A DNA stretch of 64,000 bases. It comes from Malacoraja senta (lineage: Eukaryota). The position numbers and the translations under genes are program-made. The notes under the pieces were generated by a model. It made no database searches. It was not told where the DNA came from and saw only the letters and a list, made by a program, of their open reading frames with translations. The DNA lies in the NCBI GenBank assembly GCA_038087875.1, contig CM075999.1, positions 560,001-624,000 on the forward strand, given 5' to 3'. Every line of letters begins with the position of its first letter. The first letter of the stretch is position 1. Of the stretch, positions 61,346 to 64,000 are shown one piece after another.

Positions 61346-63389
61346 TCTTTAATGTCACTATCATACCTGCCTCATCCACCACCACCCCTGGCAGCACCAT
61401 TACTCCATTCCTAGATCCTTGCGGTTCCAAGTTCCAGTTTGCTTCTTTTGGGACAGTGCGTGTCAGTACTGCATGCTGACACCTTGAGAAGGTTTAAAGA
61501 TTTAAAAGTTACAAAGTTTCTGAGTCATTCGTAACTGTCACTGTATGTCATGTTGTTACTTGTAGGCGGAGCACCAAGGCAAATTCCTTGTATGTGAATA
61601 CTTGGCCAATTAATTTACTTACTTACTTACTTAAAAACAGTGCTGGCTCCTGCGCCAGCTACTGCACGCCTTAGCCCTCCCAGTCCAACTGGCCATTATT
61701 AAGTGCAATGCCCATACAAGTGGCCACAACGATGTCTCCCGGGGGAATGCCCTAGCTGACATTACTGCCCACACAGCAGATTATGAATTCTGCACATTGG
61801 TCCCCACAGAACCAAAGATTCTAGTGGACAGAACGGCTCTGTCAGACAAGGGAATGTAAAGTTAAGTAATGTAAAGTTCTGCCGTGTAAAAAGATCTTTG
61901 GAAATGAGGGGGCTGCGCAATTGACGGGCCTCTGGCTCACTCCTCTCGGACAAATTTGTGTACCTAATGTTTTTTCTTTTACACTATATACACTTCCTTA
62001 CGTATGCTGATAAGGAGGGAAGGGAATGTGGAATGTAGCTTACACTTTGAACCTTTTAATGAAATTACCTGTGTCTAAGAGGGAGGAGCAGTAGCAGTAG
62101 CAACAAAGAGAGAGAGAGTCCAAAGTGTGTTTTGGGTTGAGACCGTTCTTCAGTATGTGTTGTATTTATGAACAAAGTATGAACATTTTTGGTGAATGAT
62201 TTGTTTAAATGTCTTGGTCAGTAAATTTAGTGGAGCACTGACCTTGGCTAGCAAAGCAACTTTCTAGCTGTGTTTGAATATATTTTGTAATTACGTGAGG
62301 AAATGAAATCCTGCATCTCCAGTGGTATAAACTCAAGGTTATGTAAAAATGGCTGGCTGACATTTTCCTCTGATACAGCCTATGTATGGATCTTGTCTGC
62401 AGGACAGCTATCTTATTGTTTTTCTTAAATTATATTTAAGAAGTATATGGCTTCTGTTTTATAATTCTCCAAAGCTAGCTTGGTCAAGGTTAGCAACACA
62501 ACAACACAAGACATAGTGCCTTTGCCTGATAATATCATAAATATCAAAATGTAAATTTCTCATTTTTGGGTGTATCAAAGTTTTAAGAGTTTTTCATGAT
62601 TTCCTTGAGGCGTGTATAACTGTGTTTTACTCTTGGGTGAGAATTAGATTGCTTTAACATGTGTGAATATCTGAAATTCAGCATATTGCATGAGGTGTGG
62701 AAATTTGTGAGTGAACGTCACAGAAAAGAGGGTGTAGAGTGAGTAAGTTTAAAGACTGTTACTTGTTTGTGGAACCGGTTCTGGGTGAATGTTGAATTCA
62801 TCCCATAATTCAGATGAAATAGGATGTCATTGAATGAGCTTGCTTATTTACGTGAAAAATCTTTGTCTCATGTTTTAAAAGGTAGTGTCTCTTTACGAAG
62901 TTGCAGCTGTGTGGGCGTTGAGCCGCACACCGTTATTTTCTTTTCCTTTGCTCTTTGGAATTGCATTGGCTATCTATGTGGAAATTAACTGTTTATTCTC
63001 TGTCTTGTCAACTTTTATTAAACAGTGGATGTGGCTCAGCAAAGAGACTGTTCATTTTCTTCGCCGCATAACCTGGCATTAGGATTGGTGACCTTGTCGG
63101 TATTTTAAGTTTAATTTCTTCCTATTTCTTACGTTTTGAATTGAATTCAAGAGAGATCTGAATTGCACACTGGCCATGTGGATTTCAGATTGAGGTATTG
63201 GATGAGAATTGGAAATGCCTTTATCTCAGAAAAAAATCTGTTAATTTTAAATTAAGAATTTGGGGAGAAAGATTGAAGGAATTGGGAATCATTTTTAAAT
63301 TGTTTTTTTCTTTATAATGACCTATTTTAAAGGGTCTGCCTTGTAAGTAGTTAAAGAGTTTAAGTAAAGCCTTGACTGAGACTGGACAG

Positions 63390-63689
63390 GACCTTAGTGA
63401 TGAATTAATTACATAAGCACAGCAATTGGCCCGAACATTGTCAGTTTTACAGAAACCACTGAACCAGAGAAACACAGAAACCACTATCAGCTGACCATAA
63501 CCGCGAATCCTTACAACCAGGCGATCACGAACTGATAAGAATTGGGATTGGAGGAAATTGGGAGAACGGTGGAAGGAGCCCTTCCCAGTACTATTGACTA
63601 CACCTACAGCAGTGAAGGTCGAAAATAATCCTTGTTGGATACACCTAACCGATTGCGAAAGAATTAGAAATTGGAACAAGGAAGTATGA
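63390..63689 (+). mobile_element. endogenous retrovirus (class I-like) integrase C-terminal remnant
   Basis: LQPGDHELI/NWDWRKLGERWKEPFPVLLTTPTAVKVENNPCWIHLTDC, one frameshift. Confidence 0.75.
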
Positions 63690-64000
63690 ACTTGGATGTC
63701 CTCCTGCAAAACTGGAGGTAAAAGGAAGCCATACAGAATTTTTTTTTTTTAAAGGGCCAATATTTACAGTATCTTGTTAAAACCAGCCATGAACATAAGC
63801 GAACGCATTGCACTGATTTATATACGTGCCTCCCTAATACTAGGAACAAGTCTCCCCCTGGTTGAAGAAACTTGAACAATTAACAGTGACGCCTTATTTG
63901 TTCTTTGGGGTCCCGGGATTAGGAATAAAACCAAAGGGATCGATTTGAGATGGGAGACACCTCTGAGTCGCACTTAATCATTGCTACTAGACCTCCAGCA

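Noticed and set aside
63221..63709. 162-aa minus-strand ORF
   Set aside because: Antisense shadow of the + strand integrase remnant.

Overview
Vertebrate genomic DNA, most likely a cartilaginous fish (skate/ray), inferred from the HER1-like CR1 LINEs, HE1-like SINEs and abundant Penelope fragments. Bases 1-37.7 kb hold the 3' part of a + strand MUC16-like transmembrane mucin: 32 exons with GT-AG boundaries, about 1,105 codons in one open frame, encoding 8 SEA domains, a transmembrane helix and a Tyr-containing tail ending SHLDGK*. SEA 2-4 come from a recent, mosaic tandem triplication (3.1-18.8 kb). The last SEA carries a GSVKV autoproteolysis-type motif. The rest is nested transposons (CR1, Rex1, L1, Penelope, hAT, PIF/Harbinger MITEs, an ERV integrase remnant). 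The most striking feature is a non-autonomous Mag-type Ty3/Gypsy LTR element (57024-61345; 212-bp LTRs, tRNA-Ser PBS, 5-bp TSD). It has no pol and instead carries a decayed chimeric frame: Gag N-terminus, then ASPM-like IQ repeats, then an intronless TLK2-like coiled coil. Protein-family assignments come from my recall of family sequences and need confirming by alignment.
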